In this document: in pieces, positions 8,261 through 18,785 of the stretch
How positions within the stretch are numbered: the stretch's first letter is position 1
Layout of the letters: each line of letters opens with the position of its first letter
Assembly: GCA_949285555.1 (NCBI GenBank)
Contig: CASDYG010000007.1
Span: 25,457 to 89,456 of the forward strand
Direction: 5' to 3'
DNA length: 64,000 nt
Source: an uncultured Eubacteriales bacterium
Lineage (GTDB): Bacteria; Bacillota; Clostridia; Peptostreptococcales; Anaerovoracaceae
Notes under the pieces: generated by a model
The model's database searches: none
The model's input: only the letters and a program-made list of their open reading frames with translations
Told to the model about the DNA's origin: nothing
Translations under genes and position numbers: made by a program

Positions 8261-9277
8261 TCACTCCATGCTCTTCATTGCTTGAGCAACATACACTGGA
8301 AGAAGGCTATTATTCATTCCTCTTATGCCCATATCTATAGATCCATATCTTGCTCCCATGCTATGATAAAAGCAGGCTAATTTCATTGCATTAAGCTTAT
8401 CGATTCCCTGAGCAAGAAAGCCTGTAAGAAGCCCCGAAAGTACGTCCCCAGATCCAGCCTGTGCAAGTACCTTAGATGTGATATTATTTTTCCATACGAT
8501 GCAGCTTATTTCTTCATTACATTGATTAGCAGCGCCTAAGCCTTCACCGTCAAAAAGCAGGCTTGATGATCCCTTTAGGATTATTCCACAATTAAATGCG
8601 ATTCCCAAAACAACACAAAGAACTGATCCCATCTTCCAATCATCATATGATGGAGCTTGCATTTTTAGAAAGTCATCCTTTGTTATGGACGATTTTAGCA
8701 AGAAGTGATTTTCCACTCCCCGTATCCTTATCTCTTCACCTGTAAAGGTAACTAGCTTATCTTCCACAGCGGAAATCAGCATGGATCTAGCCTCTCCCAA
8801 ATGAGGAGTGTAGACTGTTTTCCCCCTTTTTATTAGCCTTTCACGTAACATCTTTGACTGAGCAATACTTCCTATTCCATCTGCATCAAAAACAAGATAG
8901 GCTTCTTCACCCAGCCATGTTAGAATTTCACTAATACCATTCTCATTTATACCACACCCAGGACCCCATAATGCCGCTTTAATATTTGACTGGGCATTGA
9001 CCTCATCATTCATCAGGATTACCTCAGGCACGTGTTCAACTATGGCTTTATTATCAGTATAAACCATTCCTGCTCCCGAAACATATGCAGAAGAAGCAGC
9101 CATAACTCCGGCACCTATTGCGTTATATCCCGCTCCCAAAAACAATCTTCCGTTCGAGTTTTTATAACTATTTTTTTCTCGGGGCGGCAGAAGGTTTTTC
9201 ATATGGCAAAAGTTAAGACTGTTAATCTTAATTTTTTCAAGCTTCTGCATTTGTACATTCTCTTTCTTCATTTCCAC
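8261..9277 (-). CDS. ADP/ATP-dependent NAD(P)H-hydrate dehydratase (YjeF C-terminal / carbohydrate-kinase fold)
   Basis: 338 aa with LPPREKNSYKNSNGRLF.GAG... and the C-terminal GSGDVLSGLLTG motif. Confidence 0.75.
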   Translation of the reverse strand: MEMKKENVQMQKLEKIKINSLNFCHMKNLLPPREKNSYKNSNGRLFLGAGYNAIGAGVMAASSAYVSGAGMVYTDNKAIVEHVPEVILMNDEVNAQSNIKAALWGPGCGINENGISEILTWLGEEAYLVFDADGIGSIAQSKMLRERLIKRGKTVYTPHLGEARSMLISAVEDKLVTFTGEEIRIRGVENHFLLKSSITKDDFLKMQAPSYDDWKMGSVLCVVLGIAFNCGIILKGSSSLLFDGEGLGAANQCNEEISCIVWKNNITSKVLAQAGSGDVLSGLLTGFLAQGIDKLNAMKLACFYHSMGARYGSIDMGIRGMNNSLLPVYVAQAMKSME

Positions 9278-9342
9278 CTCGTTCTAAGCTAAGTAACCGG
9301 CTGTATCTTAAAATAGACAAAAACCACCCGAAGGTGGTCTTA

Positions 9343-10737
9343 TTATAGATTCAAAAATAATGTGGCCACAGTAAAATAAGTCAGACATGAAACCGTATCT
9401 GAAATCGATGAAATTGCTGGATTAGCAATAAGAGCAGGGTCGATTTTACATACCTTTGCCAAAATTGGAATCATACTGCCCAGTGCCTTTGCAAATATAA
9501 CAATTACTAGCATAGATACACATATGGTCAGTGCAATACCTACAGACTCTCCATCCAGATAAATAATTCTGAAAAAGTTAATTATACTCAAAATTGCACC
9601 TATGGAAAATCCGATTCTAAATTCCTTCCATAAAATTTTAATGGCGTCAGATGTATCCACCTCATCCGTTGCAAGGCCACGAATAATGAGGGTGGCTGCC
9701 TGCGAGCCAGTATTTCCACCTGTTCCCATTAGCATAGGCATATATGCAACCAAAGCTACAACAGACGAAATCATCTTTTCAAATCCATTGATTACACTTC
9801 CTGTAACAATGTACGAAACCATTAAAATCACAAGCCATGGCAACCTGTTTATGACATGCTGATACACGGGAATATCTAGATACTCCCTTTCCGTAGAATC
9901 AAAGTCAAGTACACCGTTCATTCTTTCAAAGTCTTCGGTAGTTTCTTCCTCTATTACGTCCAAGATGTCATCGACCGTCACAATTCCTACAAGACGATGT
10001 TCATTGTCAACCACTGGCAGGGCTAAAAATCCATATTTTCTGAAATCATCTGCCACTACCTCTTGATCCTCATATACATTTTCCCAAATATATTCAGTAA
10101 TCATGATATCACGTATCTTTACGAGAGGATCGCTTATTACAAGAGTGCTCAGAGATACAATCCCTATAAGCTTTCTTCCCCTGTCCTTAACATAACATGT
10201 ATAGATTGTCTCCGCATCCATGCCCACAGTTTTAATATGTTCAAGGGCCTTTTGCACATTCCAGTCCTTATCCAGACTTATGTAGTCTGGGGTCATAAGG
10301 CTTCCTGCACACGTAGGGGGATAATTTAAAAAGGTATTTATTAGCCTTCGCTCATCCTTTGGTGTATTTTCAAGTATTTTATCAACTACATTGGCAGGCA
10401 GTTCTTCCAAAATATCGATTTTGTCGTCAAAGTCCATTTCCTGCAAAATGTATTCCAGCTCGCTGTGTGTAATGCTGTTCACAATGCTTTGCTGATCATC
10501 AGGATGAAGCTCTGCAAACACTTCTACGGATATATCCTTAGGTAGTAGCCTGAACAATATCACAGCCTTGTCTACTCCCACCTCTTCACTAACTTCCTCT
10601 AAAGCATCGGCAGCATCTACAAAATTCAGCTTCAAAAGTTCATCTCGAGCCTTAAAATACTTTTTTTCATTCAAGAGCTTTAGGAGGGTTTCTATTACTT
10701 CGTCTTTTACTTCTTCATAATCATAATTAGCTTCCAT
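9343..10737 (-). CDS. mgtE: Magnesium transporter MgtE
   Basis: 464 aa. MgtE N-domain, tandem CBS region and a C-terminal membrane domain with GTGGNTGSQAAT. Confidence 0.9.
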   Translation of the reverse strand: MEANYDYEEVKDEVIETLLKLLNEKKYFKARDELLKLNFVDAADALEEVSEEVGVDKAVILFRLLPKDISVEVFAELHPDDQQSIVNSITHSELEYILQEMDFDDKIDILEELPANVVDKILENTPKDERRLINTFLNYPPTCAGSLMTPDYISLDKDWNVQKALEHIKTVGMDAETIYTCYVKDRGRKLIGIVSLSTLVISDPLVKIRDIMITEYIWENVYEDQEVVADDFRKYGFLALPVVDNEHRLVGIVTVDDILDVIEEETTEDFERMNGVLDFDSTEREYLDIPVYQHVINRLPWLVILMVSYIVTGSVINGFEKMISSVVALVAYMPMLMGTGGNTGSQAATLIIRGLATDEVDTSDAIKILWKEFRIGFSIGAILSIINFFRIIYLDGESVGIALTICVSMLVIVIFAKALGSMIPILAKVCKIDPALIANPAISSISDTVSCLTYFTVATLFLNL

Positions 10738-10998
10738 AATTCCTCCTCTCTTAAATAAATTATCGCCAGTAAACGTCCAATATTTTTATAATTATCTGCT
10801 TAAAATTACTATTTTTTATTATAAAACAAATAACCTGAATTATGCAAGTTATCAGGCTTTAAAAAACTTTGAAATAATTGCTAAATTTTTATCTTTTATG
10901 GTTGTTTTTCACCTCATAAAGTGTTATAGTTAGAGTATGGATACCGATATACACGGTAATTTTTTTAGATCTAATTTCTAAGAGTTAAGGAGAGAGAA

Positions 10999-12342
10999 AT
11001 GGCTAAATTAGTTGAGCAATATTTGGAAATTGCTAAGAAGAGAAATCCTGGAGAGCCTGAATTTTTACAGACTCTTGAAGAAGTATTAACATCCATCGAA
11101 CCAGTGCTAGAAGCACATCCAGAATATGTAGAGGCCGGTCTTGTAGAAAGAATTATAGAGCCTGAGAGAATGGTGACATTCAGAGTTCCTTGGGTGGACG
11201 ACAATGGTAAGGTTCAGGTAAACAGAGGCTTCAGATGCCAGTTCAACAGTGCGCTCGGCCCATACAAAGGTGGGCTTCGTTTTGCACCTAGCGTATATAG
11301 CGGTATCGTAAAGTTCTTGGGGTTTGAACAAATTTTTAAAAACAGCCTTACAGGTCTTCCTATTGGCGGAGGCAAGGGTGGTTCCGACTTCGATCCAAAT
11401 GGTAAAAGTGATGGAGAAATCATGAGATTCTGTCAGTCTTTTATCACTGAGCTATACAGACACATTGGACCTGAAACAGACGTACCTGCCGGAGATCTTG
11501 GCGTTGGTGCAAGAGAAATAGGCTACATGTTTGGACAGTATAAGAGACTAACTAACAGATACTGTGGAGTTTTAACAGGCAAGGGCCTAAGCTATGGCGG
11601 ACTTGCTGGACGTAGCGAAGCTACAGGCTATGGTATTGTTTTCTTCGTTAGACAGATGCTTCGTCACTTCGGTGATGAGCTTAAGGGTAAAACTGTTGTT
11701 GTATCCGGTTTTGGAAATGTTGCATGGGGTACAGTACAGAAGCTAAATCAGCTAGGCGCTAAAGTTATTACCATATCTGGACCAGACGGCTACATCCTAG
11801 ACGAGGATGGAATAGTAGGTGAAAAAGAAGAATACATGCTTGAGCTAAGAAATAGTGGAAAGAATATTTGTCAGCCATATGTTGAGAAATTCCCTAATGC
11901 TCAGTTCTTTGCCGGCGAAAAGCCATGGGGCGTAAAGGCAGATATCTACATTCCATGTGCTACTCAAAATGAAATTACTATTGAAGATGCTAAGCTAATG
12001 GTTCAAAATAATGCTAGATATCTATGCGAAGGTGCAAACATGCCTACAACCAATGAGGCAATCGCATATCTACAGGAAAACAATGTAGTAGTAGGGCCTT
12101 CAAAAGCTGCAAATGCTGGTGGTGTAGCTTGCTCCTGCATTGAGATGGGACAGAATGCAGGAAAGACCGTATTCTCTCCTGCTCAAGTATACGAACAGCT
12201 TGAGGCAATTATGATTAACATTCACCACAGCTCCGCAGAAGCTTCCAGAAAGTATGGCATGGGTTATAACCTAGTAAAGGGTGCTAACATTGCCGGCTTT
12301 GAAAAGGTGGCAGAAGCAATGATGGCACAGGGTATCGTTTAA
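10999..12342 (+). CDS. gdhA: NADP-specific glutamate dehydrogenase
   Basis: 447 aa with GPYKGGLRF, LPIGGGKGGSDFDP and GFGNVAWG motifs. SD AAGGAGAG upstream. Confidence 0.95.
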   Translation: MAKLVEQYLEIAKKRNPGEPEFLQTLEEVLTSIEPVLEAHPEYVEAGLVERIIEPERMVTFRVPWVDDNGKVQVNRGFRCQFNSALGPYKGGLRFAPSVYSGIVKFLGFEQIFKNSLTGLPIGGGKGGSDFDPNGKSDGEIMRFCQSFITELYRHIGPETDVPAGDLGVGAREIGYMFGQYKRLTNRYCGVLTGKGLSYGGLAGRSEATGYGIVFFVRQMLRHFGDELKGKTVVVSGFGNVAWGTVQKLNQLGAKVITISGPDGYILDEDGIVGEKEEYMLELRNSGKNICQPYVEKFPNAQFFAGEKPWGVKADIYIPCATQNEITIEDAKLMVQNNARYLCEGANMPTTNEAIAYLQENNVVVGPSKAANAGGVACSCIEMGQNAGKTVFSPAQVYEQLEAIMINIHHSSAEASRKYGMGYNLVKGANIAGFEKVAEAMMAQGIV

Positions 12343-12380
12343 ACAGAATCCTACATGCTTGAAATGTACATGGCAATATT

Positions 12381-12427
12381 ACCGACCGCGGTTAGATCAT
12401 TCTGACCTGCGGCCGGTATTTTATTAT
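12381..12427 (+). terminator. Intrinsic terminator after gdhA
   Basis: ACCGACCGCGG..CCTGCGGCCGGT stem (one mismatch) followed by a T-rich tract. Confidence 0.5.
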
Positions 12428-12618
12428 ATGAAAAACTTGGCAGATAATAAAAAAAGGGGTAATAGACGAAATCTAGCTAGATATATTTGCAAAATATTTC
12501 AAGCATAAAAACAGCACCATAATTTCAATCTTTTATAACAAAAAATTAAGGTGGAATTCCGCCTTAATTTTTCTTCCCTCTTCTCCTCACCTTAATTCCT
12601 TAATCGTATAACTCAAGC

Positions 12619-12643
12619 AAAAAAGAGGGTACATGACCCTCTT
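12619..12643 (-). terminator. Intrinsic terminator after the PFOR gene
   Basis: AAGAGGGT-ACATG-ACCCTCTT hairpin with a T-run on the minus strand (A-run 12619-12624 on plus). Confidence 0.6.
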
Positions 12644-12655
12644 TTCTTCATTTCT

Positions 12656-15600
12656 TTATAGAGCTCTTTCCTTATCAATAGATTCAGGAGTTGCATCTGC
12701 TTCAGTCTTTTCTTCATTATCCTTTGCCAATGCTTCAAAAGCCTTTTTCTGCTCTACAAGATACTCATATCTTCTCATAGCATCCTGCTCGGCATGATCG
12801 AAAAGCTCCTCAGCTTTTTCAGGGAACTTTCTTGTGAGTGAGCTATATCTTACCTCACTTAGCATGAAGTCCTTAAATCCTTCTTTTGGCTCCTTGCAAT
12901 CTACTGATAGTGGGTTCTTACCCTCCTTGAGTAGATCAGGATTATATCTGAGCATGCTCCAGTATCCAACTTCTACAGCCTTCTTTGTTTCCGCCTGTGA
13001 AGTGGTCATACTGATACCATGGTTGATACATGGAGCATATGCGATGATTAGGGAAGGTCCCTTATAAGCCTCAGCCTCTCTAATCGCCTTGAGCGTCTGG
13101 TTAGGATCTGCACCCATAGCTATCTGTGCTACATACACATATCCATATGCCATTGCAATCTGTGCAAGGTCCTTCTTCTTAACTTCCTTACCGCTGGCAG
13201 CGAATTTTGCAACAGCTCCCATCGGTGTAGCCTTAGATGACTGTCCACCAGTGTTAGAATATACCTCTGTATCAAATACAAAGATATTTACATCCTCACC
13301 AGATGCTATAACATGGTCGAGTCCACCATATCCAATATCATATGCCCAGCCGTCTCCACCAAAGATCCAAACTGAAGGCTTCACAAGTACCTCTTCATTA
13401 TCTAGAACGTACTTGGTGTCGGCATTTTCCTTGCCATATGCCTTAATTGCAGATAGCAGATTTGCAGAAGCAACCTTTGAGCCAGTTCCTTCATCCATGT
13501 TATCTATCCATGCCTGTGCTTCTTCCTTGAGTTCAGGTACTTCCAATAATCTTGTAACAGCAGACTTCATCTCATTTCGTCTAGCCTTCATCGCCAGATG
13601 CATACCTAATCCGAATTCAGCATTATCTTCGAATAGAGAGTTGGCCCAAGCTGGACCCTTTCCTTCAGGATTCACAGTATATGGTGTACTTGGAGCAGAA
13701 CATCCCCAAATGGATGAACAACCAGTTGCGTTAGCTATGAACATTCTGTCTCCATAAAGCTGTGTAATCAGTCTGGCATATGGAGTCTCTCCACATCCAG
13801 GACATGCTCCGGAGAACTCAAGAAGTGGCTGTAAGAACTGAGATCCTTTAAGTGTCTCTTCCTTAAATGGAACCTTAATTCTTTCTGTGCCATGGAATAC
13901 ATAGTTAAACTTCTTCTGAGTTTCATTCATCAGCTCAGGATTAACAGGTGTCATTTCAAGTGCCTTATTCTTAGCAGGACATACTGACGCACAAGATCCG
14001 CATCCAGTACAGTCCATAGAGGAAATGGCAATAGTGAAATAATCGCCCTTTGATCCCATCATATCAAGTACCTGATCCTTAATAGGCTCAGCATCCTTTT
14101 CGTTAAGTCCAAACGCCCTAATTACAGCATGTGGACATACATATGCACATCTGTTACACTGAATACAATTTTCAGGTTTCCAAACAGGTATATCTGCCGC
14201 AATTTCTCTCTTTTCAAATGCAGCCGTACCAGCAGGAATTTCTCCATTTGCAGTATCCATAAATACTGATACAGGTAGGCTATCTCCCTTCATGGCATTA
14301 AATGGAATCATAACCTCATTTAGATACTTAGTATGATATTCATTTCTACCTTCAGGCTTGTAGTAGCACATCTCACCTTCAGCGGTTTTCCAGCTCTCAG
14401 GCACATCAATCTTTACTATATTTTCCTGTCCAGCATCTACTGCAGCCTTATTCATGTTTACAATCTTTTCACCCTTACGTCCGTAAGTCTTCTCAATAGC
14501 ATCCTTCATATATTCGGTAGCCTTTTCGATTGGAATTACGTTTGTTATTTTAAAGAATGCAGATTGAAGTACTGTATTTGTTCTTGTAGGTCCAAGGCCT
14601 ATTTCCTTTGCCAGAGAAACTGCATCACATGTATAGAAGTTAATATTGTTATTGGCAATATATCTCTTTACATTTCCAGGGATCATTTTCTCTAACTCTT
14701 CACCCTTCCAAGTAGTATTTAATAGGAAATATCCACCCGGCTTTACATCCTGCACGATGTCATATCTATGCATGTACGACTGCATGTGACAGGCAACAAA
14801 GTCAGCCTGATTTACATAATATGTAGACTGGATTGGCTTATCGCCAAATCTTAGGTGAGAAATTGTTATACCACCAGACTTCTTAGAGTCGTACTGGAAG
14901 TATGCCTGTACCTTCTTATCTGTATGGTCACCAATGATCTTGATACTATTCTTGTTTGCACCTACTGTACCGTCTGAACCAAGTCCCCAGAACTTGCAGG
15001 CGATAGTACCCTTAGCAGATGTAACTGGATATGTAGAAGGTGTAAGCGAAAGATTTGTTACATCGTCTACAATTGAAATTGTGAATTCAGGTTTTGGATT
15101 TTCTGCCCATAGATTTTCATATACGGCAAGAATATCTCCTGGCTGAACGTCCTTAGATCCAAGGCCATATCTTCCTCTTGTAACAAGCGCATCCTTGAAC
15201 TTTGTATCTCTTAGTGCAGTTATCACATCTAGGTATAATGGTTCACCAATTGAACCAGGCTCCTTCGTTCTGTCTAAAACAGCAAATCTTTCTACTGTTT
15301 CAGGGAGAACCTCTAGCATGTGCTTAACGGAGAAAGGTCTGTAAAGATGTACTTCAATAATACCTACCTTCTTGCCCTGCTCCATTAGGTAATCAACCAC
15401 TTCCTCAGTAGCCTCACATACAGATCCCATTGCTACAATAATATCTGTTGCATTTGGATCACCATAGTAGTTAAATGGCTTATAGTTTGTACCTATTTTT
15501 TCATTTACCTTATTCATGTATTCTACGAATACATCAATAGTCTGTTCATAGGCTGTGTTGCAAGCTTCTCTGTGCTGGAAAAATGTCTCTGGCTGCTCAG

Positions 15601-16252
15601 CAGATCCCATAGCTTTTCCGTGAGATGGGTTAAGTGCTCTCTTCCTGAAAGCAGCAACTGCATCCCAATCCACCATTTCCTTAAGCTCATCATAATCCCA
15701 TACTTCAATTTTCTGCTGCTCGTGGGATGTTCTAAATCCATCAAAGAAATGTAAACATGGCACCTTTCCGGCAATAGTAGCCAAATGTGCAACTGCTGCC
15801 AGGTCCATAGTCTGCTGTACACTATTAGATGCAAGTAAAGCAAATCCTGTCTGCCTTGCTCCCATAACGTCAGAATGATCTCCGAATATGGATAGAGCAT
15901 GACTGGCAATAGCTCTAGCTGCTACGTGAAATACTGATGGAGCACCTTCACCAGCCAGCTTATACATGTTAGGAATCATAAGTAATAATCCCTGTGAAGC
16001 TGTAAAAGTTGAAGTGTATGAACCTGCAGATGCGGCACCATGTACAGCTCCTGCTGCTCCTCCCTCAGACTGCATTTCTACGATGTTTACCGGCTCTCCA
16101 AAGATATTCTTTCTATCCTGAGAAACCCATTCGTCCATACTCTCTGCCATTGGAGAGGATGGTGTGATAGGGTAGATTGCAGCAACTTCTGAAAACGCAT
16201 AAGCCACATGTGCGGCAGCTGTGTTTCCGTCCATCGTCTTTAAACTTCTCAC
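12656..16252 (-). CDS. nifJ: Pyruvate:ferredoxin (flavodoxin) oxidoreductase
   Basis: 1198 aa single-chain PFOR. Two ferredoxin-type clusters (CIQCNRCAYVCPH, CTGCGSCASVCP) and the TPP domain GGDGWAYDIGYGGLDH. Confidence 0.95.
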   Translation of the reverse strand: MRSLKTMDGNTAAAHVAYAFSEVAAIYPITPSSPMAESMDEWVSQDRKNIFGEPVNIVEMQSEGGAAGAVHGAASAGSYTSTFTASQGLLLMIPNMYKLAGEGAPSVFHVAARAIASHALSIFGDHSDVMGARQTGFALLASNSVQQTMDLAAVAHLATIAGKVPCLHFFDGFRTSHEQQKIEVWDYDELKEMVDWDAVAAFRKRALNPSHGKAMGSAEQPETFFQHREACNTAYEQTIDVFVEYMNKVNEKIGTNYKPFNYYGDPNATDIIVAMGSVCEATEEVVDYLMEQGKKVGIIEVHLYRPFSVKHMLEVLPETVERFAVLDRTKEPGSIGEPLYLDVITALRDTKFKDALVTRGRYGLGSKDVQPGDILAVYENLWAENPKPEFTISIVDDVTNLSLTPSTYPVTSAKGTIACKFWGLGSDGTVGANKNSIKIIGDHTDKKVQAYFQYDSKKSGGITISHLRFGDKPIQSTYYVNQADFVACHMQSYMHRYDIVQDVKPGGYFLLNTTWKGEELEKMIPGNVKRYIANNNINFYTCDAVSLAKEIGLGPTRTNTVLQSAFFKITNVIPIEKATEYMKDAIEKTYGRKGEKIVNMNKAAVDAGQENIVKIDVPESWKTAEGEMCYYKPEGRNEYHTKYLNEVMIPFNAMKGDSLPVSVFMDTANGEIPAGTAAFEKREIAADIPVWKPENCIQCNRCAYVCPHAVIRAFGLNEKDAEPIKDQVLDMMGSKGDYFTIAISSMDCTGCGSCASVCPAKNKALEMTPVNPELMNETQKKFNYVFHGTERIKVPFKEETLKGSQFLQPLLEFSGACPGCGETPYARLITQLYGDRMFIANATGCSSIWGCSAPSTPYTVNPEGKGPAWANSLFEDNAEFGLGMHLAMKARRNEMKSAVTRLLEVPELKEEAQAWIDNMDEGTGSKVASANLLSAIKAYGKENADTKYVLDNEEVLVKPSVWIFGGDGWAYDIGYGGLDHVIASGEDVNIFVFDTEVYSNTGGQSSKATPMGAVAKFAASGKEVKKKDLAQIAMAYGYVYVAQIAMGADPNQTLKAIREAEAYKGPSLIIAYAPCINHGISMTTSQAETKKAVEVGYWSMLRYNPDLLKEGKNPLSVDCKEPKEGFKDFMLSEVRYSSLTRKFPEKAEELFDHAEQDAMRRYEYLVEQKKAFEALAKDNEEKTEADATPESIDKERAL

Positions 16253-16752
16253 AAATCGTACCTCCTTTTAATTTGTGTTGCTCTTAATTGTAAAATGCAT
16301 TGTTTATCTAAATGTTTAAATATTAAAATGCCTTACTTTTATATTACTCTCCATAATCACCTATGTCAAATAAATAAATGACTCAAATTTCATGTTTTGT
16401 AGCTAATTTAGTTAGTTATGAACAACTTTAAAATTCTGTTGACTTTTATGATTCGTTTTCGGTTCATTTATATGCTATTTTATTATTTATACGCGTGCAA
16501 CAGACTACTCCTTGTCATGCTCTTTTTGCAAATATAAAAAATAATTTTTCATACTCGAAAGCATCAATGTTTACTTTTATGGTTTTTAGTGTAGGATATT
16601 TTATGTGTAGAAATTAAATGACTAGCAGAAAAAATAGAAGGTGCATAATTTTGCCTATACATGCTCTAGTGATACTTTTTACATGAGCATATACTCTATA
16701 ACAGTATAAACTTTAAATAAATGAAATTTAAAAAAACAAAAAAGGAGAACAC

Positions 16753-17022
16753 ATGGATATAAACAACTACGATAAAAGTCTGCCTCTAATAGATGTTCGC
16801 ATGAAGGAAGAATTTGATGAAGGGCATTTGCCAAATGCAATACATGTGCCACTCAATGAGATTCCAAAGGGCCTCAGCTATCCAAAGGAGCAACCTATAT
16901 TAGTTTACTGTCGCTCTGGACACAGGAGTGAAGAAGCAAAGCTTTTTCTCGATCATATGGGGTACGAAAATGTCATCAATATTGGAGGGATTCTGGACTA
17001 TGAGGGAGAACTGGTAAAATAA
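16753..17022 (+). CDS. Rhodanese-like single-domain protein
   Basis: 89 aa with active-site loop CRSGHRS. SD AAAGGAGAA upstream. Confidence 0.8.
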   Translation: MDINNYDKSLPLIDVRMKEEFDEGHLPNAIHVPLNEIPKGLSYPKEQPILVYCRSGHRSEEAKLFLDHMGYENVINIGGILDYEGELVK

Positions 17023-17023
17023 T

Positions 17024-17965
17024 ATGGATCAGGACAAAAGCTACTCCGTAATCAGAAATAGAAATACCAAAGCCATGCTGGCCATGCTCATCTCCTCCAC
17101 ATCCTTTGCCATGATGGCAGCAATGATTAAGATGTCGGGCATGTCTGGACAGGGCGTACCTTTATTTCAGCAACTCTTTTTCAGAAATTTTGTCATGCTC
17201 TTTTTCATCTTTTTTTTAATGAGAAGAAAGAACATAAGCTTCAGTGTTCCGAAAGGACAGCGATTCACACTATTTTTGAGGTGCTTTTTCGGCTACCTTG
17301 GAATGTGCTGTGTTTTCTACGCTAATAATCATCTACATTTAGCGGACGCACAAATACTGCAAAAATTAAATCCGTTTTTCGTAACCATATTTGCGATACT
17401 CTTTTTAAAAGAGGGGCTTAGCGGAAAAAGACTACTGCTTTTGTTATTGGGTTTCATTGGAGCAGCCATAGTCATTCAGCCACAAGGAGAGTTTAAAGAT
17501 GTTCTCCCTGCTCTAATAGGTGTATTGTCCGCTCTTTTCGGAGGACTTGCATATGTTATGGTTGGAAGAATGGCAGGAAAAGTAAATGGAATGGTAATAA
17601 TATTGAGCTTTTCCATATTTTCCACTATAGCAGTTATACCTCATATGGTAAATAACTATATAATCCCAACACCGTTACAGCTTTTACAACTCATTCTTAT
17701 AGGCGTCTTTGCCGCAGGTGGCCAGTATTTCATCACTCTTGCCTACACTTCATCAAAGGCTTCTAACGTCACTCTTTTTGACTATGCAGGAGTTGTAATT
17801 TCACCAATACTGGGACTTATATTCTTTGGTGAATATCTTAAAACAACCACTTTAATTGGTATGATAATTATCATAGGAAGTGGATATATGGCCTCCCTGT
17901 TAAGCAAGCAGGAGGACAGGAGAGATGATAAAAAAATGCATCAGAAAGGTAATAGCCCCTCCTAA
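17024..17965 (+). CDS. DMT/EamA-family transporter
   Basis: 313 aa with about 10 hydrophobic helices in a two-EamA-repeat layout. Starts 1 nt after the rhodanese stop. Confidence 0.75.
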   Translation: MDQDKSYSVIRNRNTKAMLAMLISSTSFAMMAAMIKMSGMSGQGVPLFQQLFFRNFVMLFFIFFLMRRKNISFSVPKGQRFTLFLRCFFGYLGMCCVFYANNHLHLADAQILQKLNPFFVTIFAILFLKEGLSGKRLLLLLLGFIGAAIVIQPQGEFKDVLPALIGVLSALFGGLAYVMVGRMAGKVNGMVIILSFSIFSTIAVIPHMVNNYIIPTPLQLLQLILIGVFAAGGQYFITLAYTSSKASNVTLFDYAGVVISPILGLIFFGEYLKTTTLIGMIIIIGSGYMASLLSKQEDRRDDKKMHQKGNSPS

Positions 17966-18015
17966 TGCATAAGATTGATTCTACATTGATTTAGAAGCTA
18001 TCCACAAATCGTCAG

Positions 18016-18483
18016 TTAGTGGATGGTTTCCTTTTTTATCCCATTATTTTGTTTTGTGCTTTTTTGAGAAAAATCAAAATAAATAATTTCTCTGTCATAA
18101 AGCATATTCTTCTCCGCTACCATGCTACCATAATTGGTATGGAGCTGTAAAAATCTTTGTTTTTCTTCAAGCAAATATCTTGCAAACAGCTGTCTGGTGC
18201 GGATGTAGTTATTTCTACCTAAATAATAAATCATACCGTTATCAAATATAATGCTTTGATCTTCCATAGATTGCACATGCTTTAAGTTAATATAACAATT
18301 CTTTAAGCATGGGACAAAATTTTCATCAAGGTATGGAATTAAATTGTCTAACTTATCATAAATACGAAAATCTTCATCCGTAGTATTTAGCGTAACAACT
18401 CTATTTCGCTTTTCAATCTTAAGTACATCCTGTAGACTTACCCTTTTTGTACATTCCCTAGTATGAATTGGAATACATATCAT
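18016..18483 (-). CDS. Stand-alone LytTR-type DNA-binding domain protein (no receiver domain)
   Basis: 155 aa. ..VSLQDVLKIEKRNRVVTLNTTDEDFRIYDKLDNLIPYLDENFVPCLKNCYINLKHVQSM...FDNG fits the LytTR pattern (F..cH+sy.VNl..v). SD GGGAGGA upstream. Confidence 0.55.
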   Translation of the reverse strand: MICIPIHTRECTKRVSLQDVLKIEKRNRVVTLNTTDEDFRIYDKLDNLIPYLDENFVPCLKNCYINLKHVQSMEDQSIIFDNGMIYYLGRNNYIRTRQLFARYLLEEKQRFLQLHTNYGSMVAEKNMLYDREIIYFDFSQKSTKQNNGIKKETIH

Positions 18484-18749
18484 ATATCCTCCCTTCTAAT
18501 CAAGTAGAATCAATGTGTATACTCTTTATACTATATGCCTGCACGAGTCACAAAATAATAATATTACATTACAAAATAAAAAATAGTAAAAAATCGTAAA
18601 GCTCCATTATTTTTATCTTTTTTGATAAATCTATGTTTGTTTAAATATTTTAATTTAGCTCTTTTACCTATCATCTCATTTACACACATATTGATATTAG
18701 CTCATAGCTAACTTCCGATTTTGAATATTGCTGTTTTTAATATTGGCAA

Positions 18750-18775
18750 TAAAAAAGATGCAGACTTTCTGCATC
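18750..18775 (-). terminator. Intrinsic terminator after dps
   Basis: GATGCAGA-AAG-TCTGCATC hairpin followed by T6 on the minus strand. Confidence 0.6.
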
Positions 18776-18785
18776 CTTTAAACTT

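Noticed and set aside
10738-10998. Looked for an M-box (ykoK) magnesium riboswitch upstream of mgtE
   Set aside because: The minus-strand leader is AT-rich with only short hairpins. None of the M-box conserved segments as I remember them (GTTAGGTGAGGC.., ..CATACA.., ..AAGGCCCAAG..) are present.
12541-12572. Third, isolated bidirectional terminator-like hairpin (A5-TTAAGGTGG-AATT-CCGCCTTAA-T5) between the gdhA and PFOR terminators, a possible sRNA end
   Set aside because: The only upstream promoter-like element is weak (TTGGCA-17-TAATAG). With no conservation or expression data, it may simply be a back-up terminator for the convergent genes.
13089-13757. Long antisense or out-of-frame ORFs inside large genes (for example 13089-13757 in PFOR, 23469-23942 in potC/B, 34848-35309 and 36662-37207 in the adhesin, 54959-55453 in ligA)
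   Set aside because: All are embedded in strongly supported genes on the other strand. They have Ser/Leu/Cys-rich low-complexity translations typical of antisense frames and lack SD sequences. The repeated ones in 33.8-38 kb merely mirror the adhesin repeats.
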